This document shows positions 51,166 through 64,000 of a DNA stretch of 64,000 nucleotides, in pieces (within the stretch, counting starts at the first letter, position 1; every line of letters starts with the position of its first letter). The DNA is from Eledone cirrhosa. Lineage: Eukaryota. The stretch covers positions 38,812,001-38,876,000 of the forward strand of contig OZ024747.1 of NCBI GenBank assembly GCA_964016885.1, in the 5' to 3' direction. The notes beneath the pieces were generated by a model. It was not told the DNA's origin. It was given only the letters and a program-made list of their open reading frames with translations, and searched no databases. The position numbers were made by a program, and so were the translations under genes.

Positions 51166-52668
51166 ACATTTGCGTATTTGTTTGCGCCTGCAAGCAAAGT
51201 CAGACAATTTATTTTTATATATAGCTAAGAGCTTTTTAACAATTGTTGGATTTCACACTGACATTCTTTCTCATTAACTCACCTTGTGGGCTATTGAATT
51301 TGGAATGTATTTGTCTACACATTTCCTCGAATGTCTGTTGGAATTATGTTTATATTTGAATGTTTTGAAGTCGTTTTTGTTATCCGGTTAATATTTATCT
51401 GTATCTTATTTATCGTATGTATTTTATTGATTCCTTTATATCGATATAAATTGTTTTTGGCTACGTCATTTTCTTCTAGTCACCCTACTGTTCTTTACTT
51501 CTAGTTTCATATTTCTCATAGGTGTTTTTACTCCATAGGGCTATCTGATATACTGATATCTGTAGTATTAGTGGGTTTACGAGTATTATCTCCGTGTACA
51601 CATGAAGAAGGTATACGGTTATTGATGAAAGTCGAAACCACGATTGAAAGAGTAATTAGTGATACCTATGCTCCTGTAAATGAACTAATTAAACTAAGCG
51701 TTTGCTGAAACATACAACTATATTTTACAGTAGATTATAGCCTTATACATTATTTTAGTGTTATTATCATTATTCCTCTTCCTAAAATATCTTCTCAAAT
51801 ATAGTAATATATTTCACACAATTTGGGCATCACCTCGTTCCGAAGAAATGAATATTAAATCTTTAATGTTCTTCATATCAGCGAGGCAGTAAAATTCAGA
51901 ACTATATTAATTAGATCATTAATAAATCTGCTCTAATTATATTGTAAGGAAATCATGTATTAATAACATAAGCTTTCATTATATAGACATTAATTCAAAA
52001 TCGTTTTATATTTCATTTATTATTCGTTAGTTATGTACGAAATCCATTTATTCTAAAAACTAAATTATTAGTCAGAAAATTAGTATATATTAGAACAAAG
52101 TCTAACTAAGCTAGCTAATATGTTTTATGTATTATTTTTAGAAAACATTGATATTGACGGGATGTCTTCAAACAGTTATTATCACATGCATCATGCCAAT
52201 TCCACCCAGACAAAAATATATAAATGAGAAATCAATTGCTGCAAGATAGACAAAATAGGAAATACTGTGCTACATTTTACTCGCATAAATATAAAACAAT
52301 TCTACACGAACTAAATCACTGAAAGCGTAAGACAGGCTTTCCTTCATATTGTTGAGTAGTTCGTTGCGGTTTTTCAAGTTAAAATTATAACCTTTATCCG
52401 ATAGGTGTCGAGAATGAATTTGCTTATATTATTTCTGTAAATCTCCAGTAGATTGATTTCATAGATGAAATTATTGAAGTAAAAGTATTGTTGTTAAATC
52501 GGAGGTTGGTACATATAGAAAGACAGAATAGGAATACATCTTAATCGTTTGAACATACGTATTTGAGCATACGTTCAAATATGAACGCACTCTGAAAAGA
52601 CACATACAAGTAAATATATGCACTCACAAGCTTCATTCACGCACATGCATATGCCCCCCCCCCCCTCG

Positions 52669-52696
<28 letters not shown>

Positions 52697-52701
<5 letters not shown>

Positions 52702-53889
52702 AATAAATTATCGAGAATCGGAATTTCGGCCCACGAAATAACGAATCACAATCTTCGAGATGCGTGGATAAACCAGAGCTATAACTATCCTTTAAATACC
52801 AACAGACGGAGACAATGCTTAAAATCACTCGCACAGCCGAAAAAAACGACCAGGAAAATTCGGGTCAGACAAATAATAATATAAATGAATGAAACATATT
52901 TACCCGGACCCGCTAGAATGATGGTAAATTCCAGCTTTTTGATTTCTGCGGTTCCTAAATCAGTTACCGTCAGCTTACATAAACAATATTCGGCTTCTGG
53001 CAAAAAGATGAACGAGGAAAACCACTTTCTCAACAGGCATTTCGTTCGAATATACATAAGAACCTATTACTAAATCCACGTGGAGTTTAGCAAGGGAGGG
53101 AACCTCTATATTAGGCGAATGAATTCGGCAGTGTATATATTTGTAAAAATACAAAATATCACGTATCGAATTAGAGTTCTCAACAGACGGGTTAAAATTA
53201 ACATGAGCTATTCATCAGTCAATAAGATCTGATGAATAGCTCATGTTAATTTTAACCCGTCTGTTGAGAACTCTAATTCGATACGTGATATTCATCAGTC
53301 AATAAGATCAACTAAAAAATCAATAAAATTAACTGGTCAATAGCTAAAGACTGGAGATAAATACAAATAAATTATCGAGAATCGGAATTTCGGCCCACGA
53401 AATAACGAAACACATTCTTCGAGATGCGTGGCAAAGGGTTCAATAGTTTGGATAAACCAGAGCTATAACTATCGTTTAAATACCAACACACGGAGACAAT
53501 GCTTAAAATCACTCGCACAGCCGAAAAAAACGACCACGAAAATTCGGGTCAGACAAGTAATAATATAAATGAATGAAAAATCTTTACCCGGACCCGCTAG
53601 AATGATGGTAAATTCCAGCTTTTTGGTTTCTGCGGTTCCTAAATCAATTACCGTCAGCTTACTTAAACAATATTCGGCTTCTGGCAAAAAGATGAACGAG
53701 GAAAACCACTTTCTCAACAGGCATTTCGTTCGAATATACAGAAGAACCTATTACTAAATCCACGTTGGGTTTAGCAAGGGAGGGAACCCCTATATTAGGT
53801 GAATGAATTCGGCAGTGTATATATTTGTAAAAATACAAAATATCACATATCGAATTAGAGTTCTCAACAGACGGGTTAAAATTAACATG
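52697..53889. mobile_element. Unclassified partial-tandem repeat element in (TA)n (two ~510-530 bp direct copies) with an internal 64-bp-arm palindrome
   Basis: 52697-53204 matches 53360-53889; 53155-53218 is the reverse complement of 53229-53292; (TA)n on both sides. Confidence 0.8.
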
Positions 53890-54159
<270 letters not shown>

Positions 54160-57100
54160 TGTGCGTGCGTATGTGTTCGTATAATTAGAAATTTAGCTAG
54201 ATAGACAGCTTGATATATAGGCTTAGTTATTAATTGTCTGATACGGAAGAAAATTGCATTTGAATTTTTCAAGATTAGTTGAATTTAATTTAATGTGGAA
54301 AAGAAGATCGTAAAATACAAAACGCCTGCTATTACATGTTTTGCTGTCCATGAAATACTTACTATATCATACAAAGTTAAATTGGATTCCTAGAGCTGGA
54401 ATTAATTTTATGGGAAAACTGCTTATGAAATACTTTTTTAAATATTCTATTGATTCAGTAAAATTATTGGTGGCAGTGAAATGAAGTTTTCGAGACATTT
54501 TTCTGTTCAGTAAATAGACCTACATTCTTAAGGCAGTTAGTTTTCTCTACAGAAAATGTTTTTCATCACAAAGAGGAAACCAGGTTACAAAATCTATATT
54601 GAATTCGTAGAGTTGAAACTGATTAAAAGGAAAATAGACAGCCTATAAAATACCTGTGTTAGAAGAAATGTATGGATTCAGTTAAAATAATGTTGGGTCT
54701 GAAATGAAGCACATGAAATCACACCATTTTTGTTCGCCCTGAATCAGCCTTGATGCAGCAAAACTAACATCTATAACATTTTAAATAATATTCGCGCGGC
54801 TTTGAGGAACAGCTCTCTCTGATGTGCCTTTCCATTTATTTGACGATTAGGTATGATTTGATTGAGACGTTATTGCTATTTGTTGCTAACAAATTGAGAA
54901 TATGTCACCATAAGGAGGAAAAGTGATCCAAATTCTAACACGGTTCATTCTGAGTAACATGGTGTAAATTGTGAGATTCGTATGATAGAAGGGATATTTT
55001 AATGTTTTTCCATGCCCCAGTCTATTTCTGTACATTAGATGTTGTTTCTGGACACAGAGTATATGGGCAACGTGAGAAGCATAGCTATATTTCTTTGTTT
55101 TAGTTTTTGTTCTATTCATAATATAGCTTTTGTGATACATAATAGTAATTAATTGTAATCTTAATCTATATTATTTTGTCGAAGAATAATTTATTTTGTC
55201 GAAGAATAATGAATCCATTACATTTGTATGCGTGAATAATTGACTTTCACACACAATTGATCAAGCGGTTTCAAAGGAGCAATTTGTTTATTTCAAAGGT
55301 TTTTGTCTCACTTTTGATGTTTTCCAAGAATAAGTCGCTGCTCACCTTTCAAACCAATTTTGCAAAGAAAAAATAATGCATAGGAATATAACTTGCTAAG
55401 TGGAGGCAAGTATTAAAACAAATCACCGCAAGGCCCATCTTCCGAATGGATAAAGAATAAAATAAATGTTCTGCCAGACACATATATGCTAGTATAAAGC
55501 ATGAAAGAGTGTGGATGCATAAAAGAAATTCTGAAAGTATACTTATGATCAATATACATTAAGATATCTGAACAAAATGGATTTGAATACACAAAACGAC
55601 CAAGATGTTCAAGTAGCTACATCAAAGGGAAACAAAGTTCAAAAAAGAAAATAATCATTATGGTTAGTGTGTAGGGTATAAAACGATTTCAAATACTTAA
55701 AGGTGATTACAAAAGAAACTAAATATTAAGCAATCAGAATATAACAACAATAACAAGTTTATAAAATGAAAATTGGCAGATTAACCGACAAAGCAGAGTT
55801 CTACCAGTGAGGTAATTGCGACTCTATTAATAATTTTATCTAAGCGTCAAACAGCATCTGCATTTACAATGTAGAATGCGCCAAAAGCAATTTGAAACAT
55901 ATCTAGGAAAAATGTTCATTCCTTAAAAATGGTCACGTGATATGTATAACAGAACAAGACACGAGTGTCTATGTTTGTGCTTCAAGGATTAGACTTCTAA
56001 TTTTTAAACGCATGTATACAAACGGGAGGATTTTGTATGATGTGTCTTTGTTTGGGCTTGGTTTGCTGTATTTGCTCATCTTGGAAATGCTGTGAATTTG
56101 ACTCTTTTTTGCAACCAGCAATAGCTATTAGTGTCTGCAATGCTTTGTTTTAGATAATTCATTTATATACTTGTAAGTTTTTCTACGCCTGATATTTATA
56201 TATTTCGGGAAATCCTTTTGGGTGATATTTAATTTTATGTTGCGGCGTAATGTGTATCGGTATTCGTGACAGATGTTCAGGAAATGTACTGTAATTGTGT
56301 TTGCTGAATGTTGCAGTTTTGTTTTAAAATTTTATGTTGTTATTGTGATTTGTGTTTGTCTTATCAGGCCGTTATTGCTGTTGCAGATGCAGCTAGGTAC
56401 TTCATATTGAATTTCACTGTTAGATATACTAAATACTTAGGATACATATGTTTGTCAGTTTTTGAGGTAGTTTTTTTAAGGCTGAATTTTTAATATGTGT
56501 TGATTTGGTTTTCCTTATGATTTGTTTGGATCTCCACGGTGCCTAGTTGCAAATATAACGTTTGTATTGCACCGTTGCGTATTCGTTTTAGATCCATCGC
56601 ACTCCGCTGTCTGGTTTTCATTGCGATGTAGTTAAGTTCTTAAAGACTCGAATCTGTTTCTTCGTGGTATTATTTTTTTAATTTGTTTATGTTTTTGGAC
56701 GTTTATGTTTATAAAAGTGATTTTGTTTTGTTATATGAACGTGTTGTAATAATACATGCTAGATGGTCCCTTGTTGGGGATTGTAAAGAGATATCTGGGA
56801 AACAAGTGTTTTAGTTAAATTTGTGAGTGATATATGCGTTTCTTTCCGGATCTTGTAGTATATAGAAGAATTTTCATTATGAGGGTATTCGATCATTTTT
56901 CTTGTTATCTGTATTACTTGAAATCCAAATATGTACATTGATGATACCCGTGGATTGTAGATGTGTAGTTTTGAGAATGTCAAAATGCTTACGTGGAGGT
57001 AACTGCCATTTAACGTGAAAGCTGTTAGTATATAGATGATTATAAATTTAATGTTTCTTGCTTCAATTCGCTATAAACTGATATTTTGAAAGCCCGAAGT

Positions 57101-57264
57101 TCTCATAACATTTCCTCTCAATTTAGTAATGCGATTTGTGATAAGTATATATCAAATATAATATTCTAAATAATTTTAAGATCACCCAGGTTATAAAATG
57201 ATGAGTATAATTTGAATTTCGCTATATTCCGGGTAGCGATAAAGAATGTTCTGCATTAATACTA

Positions 57265-57660
57265 CAGGGCTGGTGGATTGGCAGTATCGGTAGTGAGTCG
57301 GACGCCATGCTTTGCAGCCAAGAGTTACGGTCTTTTATGGTCTGAGTTCAAATGATGCCGAGGTTAACTTTGCCTTTCATCCTTACCTGGTCGATGAAAT
57401 AAAGTACCAGTAATGCACTGTGATAATCCCTGGCCTTGTGCCAAAAGTAGAAACTATTATTACTACAGGGTAGTGTATTCACAGTGCCGGTAGCGCGTCG
57501 GACGCCATGCTTTCTAGCATAGAGTTAGTCCCTTTACGGACTGAGTTCAAATCCAGACGAGGTTAACTCTGTCTTTCATCCTTGCGTGGTCGATAACATA
57601 AAGTACCAGTAATGTACTGGTATAGCTGGCCTTGTGCCAAAAGTAGAAACAATTATTACT
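57265..57660 (+). mobile_element. Head-to-tail dimer of tRNA-derived SINEs
   Basis: Two successive full consensus matches (~57265-57460 and ~57465-57658). Confidence 0.88.
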
Positions 57661-58619
57661 ACATAAATCTCGGTAGTAACTATAAAACTTATGCATTTCT
57701 TAGATTTATAAATTTGCTTGACTGATGAATATATTTTTTGGCATATTTCCTTTGTTAATGTTTCTAAGTGTTACCTGTTATGGGATTCTGTTCGGTGCTG
57801 TGTCATTGGTAACAAATAACTGAACCGCTTATTTTTTTATCGTTGTGGTTCTGTTCGAGTTATTAGTCATTTAAAATATACTTCCAGGGATCATTTCTAA
57901 ATGTTGACCATTTGTAGAGATCTCATGAGCATTTTGAAAATGTATTCCGAATTAGCATAACGTGTATATATGACTATTTTGAAGACTATAACATAATATT
58001 TTAGGACGATTTACCTGCAAAAACAAGTAGTCACTCGTCTGTACAGTTGTTTCTTCACTATTTCACAATATTACGAATATACCTGGACGCCTCCCAGTTA
58101 TTGTTAGAGGAGGACACTAACTTTTGGACGATGAGCATTTATTTTCCATATACTCACTTAGTGCGTCTTAATATGCACCAAGAGCGAGGATTTGATTCGT
58201 CAATGTCAGATCTTCGGTGCGAAATTACTAGGAACATTTAGTATTCTTATTTTAACCTCATCAGAAAGGGCAAATATTAAACACTTTCCTGTCATGTATA
58301 GCCGAGTTCGTAGATACTTAGCTATCAGCCTTCACTACAGATATTTTAATATTCCTGCATGGTAAGTATGCTAACGCGGATATTATATTTACTCTGCACT
58401 TGTGGACGGAAGGTTGATGGATGCCACTGGTATTATTTGATCTAAATAGTAAAAGTTAGTTTGCCTACTGATTCTTTGCACCAATGTAATATCTTAGAAA
58501 GAAATCATTATTATTTCTATCAGAATATTTACCAGGGAACTTTCGAATAGCACAGACAATACCAAAGTTTAATTCCCGACCCGATGGAAACCGATTCAGT
58601 TGCCCATTTTACATAATAA

Positions 58620-58830
58620 TAGTTTCTGATTTAGTCGCAATCCCAGCAATTTTTGGTAGGGGAAGTCGATTACAATAATCTCAGTGCCTTACTGGCACTT
58701 TACTTTATCCACACCGTGATGAGGAAAGACAAAGTTAACCTCGGCGGGATTTGAACTTTGACCGTAAACAAACGTAACTATATGCAGAAAAGAATGTTGT
58801 TAGACGCTCTACCGACACTGCCAATCTACC
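58620..58830 (-). mobile_element. tRNA-derived SINE (degenerate plus-strand copy also at ~59550-59770)
   Basis: caaagttaacctcggcgggatttgaact..ctctaccgacactgccaatc. Confidence 0.8.
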
Positions 58831-60279
58831 GTTTCACACAATATTGGAAGCAAATCTATTTTCTACCAACTACAATATGTGTAGTATAACTTTGTCAATA
58901 AATGACATGCTAATTACTTTACCTCTAGAAACGCTCACAGAAATCTACCTGAGGTGATTTTTATGTATTCTTTCTCTTGTCTTTCTTTAATAACAGCTTG
59001 ATTTTTAGGGATAATGATTTTCTGTTATCTGAATTAATTGAGAAATCGATTAACGGAAGGGAATACGAATGCTGATAGTACAATATTTCCGCTTGCATGT
59101 TCCAATTCTTGCCACCGAAAACGTACCAGCGTTGACACAAATATTTCACCCTCAACACCCCAATAAGTATATGAAGATGAATGTCAACTCTACTTATAGC
59201 ACCAAAATAACACATATAAGTGTATCGAATCTATAGTCATAGGATTAATATTGGTACTAAATATCAACCGTTTCAGAAACGCTACCATGGTTACTGCTAA
59301 CACTAACATTAAAAATTATTCATTGCAAAAACAAAGTCTTAAGTCTTTACCAACTGCCAAACCTCTGATTTTGCAGGGTCCTATAAACATCATCATAAAT
59401 ATTATCAACATTAATAGCAAGCCAAACATATTCACACTAATTCATATTCCAATAGAACCAGCAAAGACATACCCAAGAACATCGTCTCAAACTGCCACAA
59501 ATCCTCAGTATCAGGAACACGGTCCTAGTCAACCTATTACCTACATTGCCACCAGGTTAGCAAAACTGGTAGAGTGATGGTTAAAATGCCATTATGTTAT
59601 TTGCTGTATCCCTTTACATTCTGTGTTCAAATTCCACCGAACGTACCTTTGTCTTTCACCTTTCGTTCGTAGATAAGTTACAGAACCAGTGAAGTTCTCG
59701 TGTTGATATATTCTTCACTGACCTCCCCCCAAAATGTGCAGGCATTCTGCCTAAATAAGTAATCAATATTAGTTTATGTAAACATTAATCTGTCAGCAAC
59801 ATTACTACATTATAAACAGCAACTAGGGACACGGTAATATTAGCATAAGCTCCATAGTTTATAATATCATAATTTCTTGCCTCCCATCGCTATCATTTTT
59901 ATATGCTTCAGTAATAACATTGACACTGATATCAACATTATAACCATGGTTGAATATAACTATCATAGTCATGATTACTACTGTCACCACCAGCTTCAGA
60001 ACAGACGAACGAACCTCACGAGATTGCTAGAAAGAGCAACCATATCTCTCTCAAATCTTAAAAATAAGGAGTTGATTTGGATAATATAACTTGATTTAGA
60101 CTGATGAATGATGACTGATGAGATGGCTATGTGTGAGATATATATGATTATACATTTATTCGATCAGATGTGATCTTGGGCTAAAGGAGCTGAAGATGAT
60201 GATCATGATGATGACGATGGTAAGGATGTGGATCATCACCGACAACATTGCCATCTTTATCATCATCAGTATCCACCAG

Positions 60280-60470
60280 AGCGGTGGATTGGTAGTATCG
60301 GTAGAGTCGGACACCATGCTTTGAAACATAGAGTTACGTCTCTTTATGATCTGAGTTCGAATCCCGCCGAGGTTAACTTTGCCTTTCATCCTTACGGGGT
60401 CGATAAAATAAAGTACCAGTAATACACTGGAGTAATTGTTGGCCTTGTGCCAAAAGTAGAAACAATTATC
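60280..60470 (+). mobile_element. tRNA-derived SINE embedded in (ATC)n-rich DNA
   Basis: Full-length consensus match; degenerate (ATC)n continues to ~60710. Confidence 0.9.
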
Positions 60471-61044
60471 ATCATTAGTAACACCCTATCATCATCATCG
60501 TAATCCTCATCCTCATTAATCTTATTGTCAACATCGTCTTCATTATCATTGCCCATATCATTAATAATAACAATCATCAACATCATCTTCTAGATCATGA
60601 TCATCAGCACCATCATCTTACTAATCTTCATCATTCTTCTCCTCCCACATCCACGTCATAATCGATACCATCACCATCACCGCCATCTTCATCATAATCA
60701 CTTACATGAAGAGCACTCCCACCGTGTTCAACAGGAGCTGCAGTATAGTCGACGACATTACCAACATTTATTAACAACATAATCTGATTTGAAAAGTATT
60801 CTGCTAATCTTAATCAACAAACAGCAGAATGCTGTCCATGCTCTTGCCGTTACCTTGCCAACAATGGCGAGTGGTTTGCACGATATCATCTCATTATGAG
60901 AATCATTCGAGCGTACTTGCCATCTATCTCATTCTTTATCGAACATTACAATGTATGTTGATATCATTGTCAATGCTGCTACTGTAGAAGCTCTCTCCAG
61001 TAGGTGAGCTTGGTGTCGTTTACAGTGGTGATTATAATGATAAT

Positions 61045-61230
61045 AATTGTTTCTACTTTAGGCACAAGGTCAGCAATTACCCAGTACATTACTGGTACTT
61101 TATTTTATCGACCCCATAAGGATGAAAGGCAAAGTTAACCTCGGCGGGATTTGAGCTCAGACTGTAAAGGGACGTAACTATGCTAGAAAGCATGGCGTCC
61201 AACTCTCTACCGATACTGCCAATTCACCGA
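61045..61230 (-). mobile_element. tRNA-derived SINE
   Basis: Full-length reverse complement of the consensus. Confidence 0.9.
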
Positions 61231-61437
61231 GCTATGCTACTGGTGATGGTATCAATGATAATGACTGAGGCTAATCTCTTAGATTCTGTTATTTGAATTT
61301 CTCTGTGGTTAGGGAATTGTAACGGGAATTTACTGTAGGTTCAGCCAGGTGAACACTCGATGTTTAGGTTTACGTCAGTGGCGAGGTGTACAGCTAAACA
61401 GAGTGTAATATAATAATATATAATAATAATAATAATG

Positions 61438-63446
61438 ATTTCTTTATTGCCCACAAGGGCTGACATCAAGAAAAACATCACAGACGGAACAGGACGGTAC
61501 GATGTGGGTTTTGTGCGTGTAAATATTTTTATTATTTATATAAGAAAAGAAAAAAAAGACATAAAACATATATATATATAAACAATAAAATGAAAATTGA
61601 AACATTGACAAATTCCGCAATAGGGGGGAAACCTCCGAGGGTTACTCGTGGCGAAAACCACACAAAAGACCACGACCACCCTGACTACGAGGGCAAGCGC
61701 CCTCTCTCAATTTTTCCATCTCTCAAACTACAGACGTATATTCAGAGTGGTCCCGTTCACTCGGACCATTCTCACTACATTCACCCACCTTTCAACAAAC
61801 TTGCTAGATGGCAGCACTTGCCTCTCCACCCTGATTTTCCTCTTCAAGTGAAATTTGAAAAAGTTAATTAGGGATTCGCCGAAGAGGAAAGTGTTTGTCT
61901 TTAATCCTTTTAACCTTGTCCACCACACAATCTCTTTCGCCATGGCCACCAGGCAGATGAAAACCGCCTGCCCTTCCTCCTCGAAGGAAGACGGCGGGAC
62001 CACCTGCACAATGGACTCAGTCGACAACCGGATCAGTGTCACACGCGACAGCAGCTGTTCGACATAGCTCCACAAGTCAGCAATGCTCGGGCACTGAACG
62101 AGCGCGTGCACAACGGTTTCGTCGCTATGCGCGCATCTCGGACAGGCTCGGCTGACGGCACATCCGTGCCTGTAGAGCTTATCTCGAACCGGCAGCGCTC
62201 CCCGGTGGCACTGCCAGGCCAGGGATTTTTGGAAGTTATACATAGGCCCCGGGCTGAAAGTTCTCCGGAAGAGAGCAAACAGCTGATCTTCTTCGACGCC
62301 CAGGATCTCTCCGAGAATGTCGTCGCTCTTCCCCTCCACTAGTCTTCTATAGAACGCCGAGGTGGATGTTCCACCGATGCTGGTGCCCAACTGGGAGAGG
62401 GCAGTGAGCGCCTGGAGACATTCCAGTTTCCAAGCGCTATCCCTCGGTCTTTTTCTGACCCAGGACTGCAGCTCCCTCAAGGAGACAAGCTGTGGGAAAA
62501 CGTGCCTGGCGAACGGCGACCACACCCGTTCACCATCAAGGATGCACCAGATATGTTGCAGCCCCAGCGCATGTTTGCGCATCATCAGCCATGGCATGCC
62601 CAGTCCTCCACGCAACGGGTGTTGACAGCAGATGGATCATCTGACGATGGGAGCGCGTCCCTTCCGCAAAAAGCGGAAGAGGAGGCGCTCCATTTTCGCT
62701 GGAGCAAGGAACGACGGTGAGGCGGTAGCAGATGACGAATGCGATGTACGCATTCGCCACTTCCGCCCGGCCTTTCAGGGACAGCTTCCTCTCAGCCGAT
62801 CTTGGGTGAGGGAGGCCACCCTGATCGTCACCTCTTTCCAGTTTTTCTCCATCTGGAGGTCCGGTCCGAACCAGGCCCCGAGCAATTTAACGGGTCCGTC
62901 CGTCCAACGCCCCACAACGCTGTTGGACGGCATGGACTTGCCTCTCCAGGTGCCTAGCTGAAGCCCACCAACTTTTCTGGACGTGTCTGGTGCTCGACAC
63001 CACGACGGTGACGTCGTCAGCGTAAGCCGACTCGGATTTCCCGCATCCTAGTTCGCGTGGGACGCCCCTCATCGCCCCCAGTTTGTGCAGTAACAGCTGG
63101 AGAGCCAATACATACAAGAGGGACGAGAGGCGACAACACTGGCGGACTGAGCGCATGATGCTGAACGGCTGCGACAGGTGACCGTTCACCCTCACAACTG
63201 AGCAGATGTCGCTGTACATAGCTACGATCCAACGTCTGAAAGCGGGCCCGAAACCGGCTGCCTCGAGGACCGCCGCCAGGTACCGATGGTCGACCCTATC
63301 GAATGTTTTGGATTGATCCAAGTTGATCAGGGCCCCACACTTGCCAGGTTCCTTAACCACCCTATCTATGATGTATCGCATGAGGTGGAGGTTGTCGTGT
63401 ATGGGTCTGTCCGGAGGCCGCATATCTGCGCCTCTCACACCAGACC
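61438..63446 (-). pseudogene. 5'-truncated, frameshifted Tx1-like LINE (second subfamily) with (ATT)n tail
   Basis: IHDNLHLMRYII, DQSKTFDRVDH, AYADD, GGLGMPWLMMRKHAL, CPRC..ETVVHALVQC, clearly homologous to ORF2 at 24554-27991. Confidence 0.9.
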
Positions 63447-63468
63447 ATAATAATAATAATAATAATAA

Positions 63469-64000
63469 TGTTTTCTTTATTAACCACAAGGGTTTACACA
63501 GAGTAGATATTAAGGACGGTACAGGACAATACAGGACGGTACAAAAGGGCATTTCTGTGTGTAAAAAAAAAACCAAAACAGAGGGTGTAATAATAGAACA
63601 ATGAAAAAATTCCCCAATAGGGGGGAGACTTCTGAGGGACATTCGTGGAGAAAGCCCATTAAAAAGCCACAGTAACCCTGACCACCAGGGTAAGTGACTT
63701 CTCCCAGTTTTTCACTTTTAATTTACAGACACATACTCAGAGTAGGCAATTCACTCGGGCCATTCTTGCCTCTCTCACCCATCTTTCAACTAAATGCTGG
63801 GAAGAGAGCACTTCCCTTTCTACTATGATTTTCCTTTTCAAGTGAAATTGGAAAAAGTTAATCAGGGTATCAACGAAGAGGTAACTGTTCGTCTTCAGCC
63901 CTTTCAAACGTGTCCACCATAATATTTATTTCGCCATGGCCACCAGACAGATAAAAACTGCCTGCCCTTCCCGGCTAAAGGAAGAGGGCGGGGCCATCCT
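63469..64000 (-). pseudogene. 3' end of a third Tx1-like LINE copy, runs off the window
   Basis: Homologous to 61440-62000 (3' UTR and ORF2 C-terminus), preceded by (TAA)n. Confidence 0.85.

Noticed and set aside
53205-53300. CTGATGA motifs suggesting a hammerhead
   Set aside because: No correctly placed GAAA (GATA/GAAT instead) and no closing stem I found.

Overview
Eukaryotic, AT-rich, repeat-saturated DNA in which I can support no host protein-coding gene. The abundant tRNA-derived SINE and the very long (TA)n/(CA)n tracts suggest an octopus-type cephalopod genome (inference). The real coding sequence is all retroelement: a young Penelope-like element (PLE, Naiad-type RT plus GIY-YIG) forming a ~20-kb fold-back structure (20823-40883), a nearly intact L1/Tx1-clade LINE nested in it, and CR1-like, RTE and R4/Dong-like fragments. 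Almost all other ORFs in the track are microsatellite or antisense artefacts. The main hidden signal is RNA-level. I can fold 13 type I hammerhead ribozyme (HHR) motifs by eye, belonging to five otherwise unrelated repeat families that all sit in (TA)n. They include (i) a 466-bp tandem array with one HHR per highly base-paired unit (retrozyme-like, predicted circular RNA), (ii) a 2.85-kb ORF-less HHR-bounded element carrying paired GC-rich three-way-junction motifs I do not recognise, and (iii) the autonomous PLE, which carries ~2 kb of composite microsatellite in its own UTR that other retroelements then insert into. All folds and alignments were done manually, and element boundaries are approximate.
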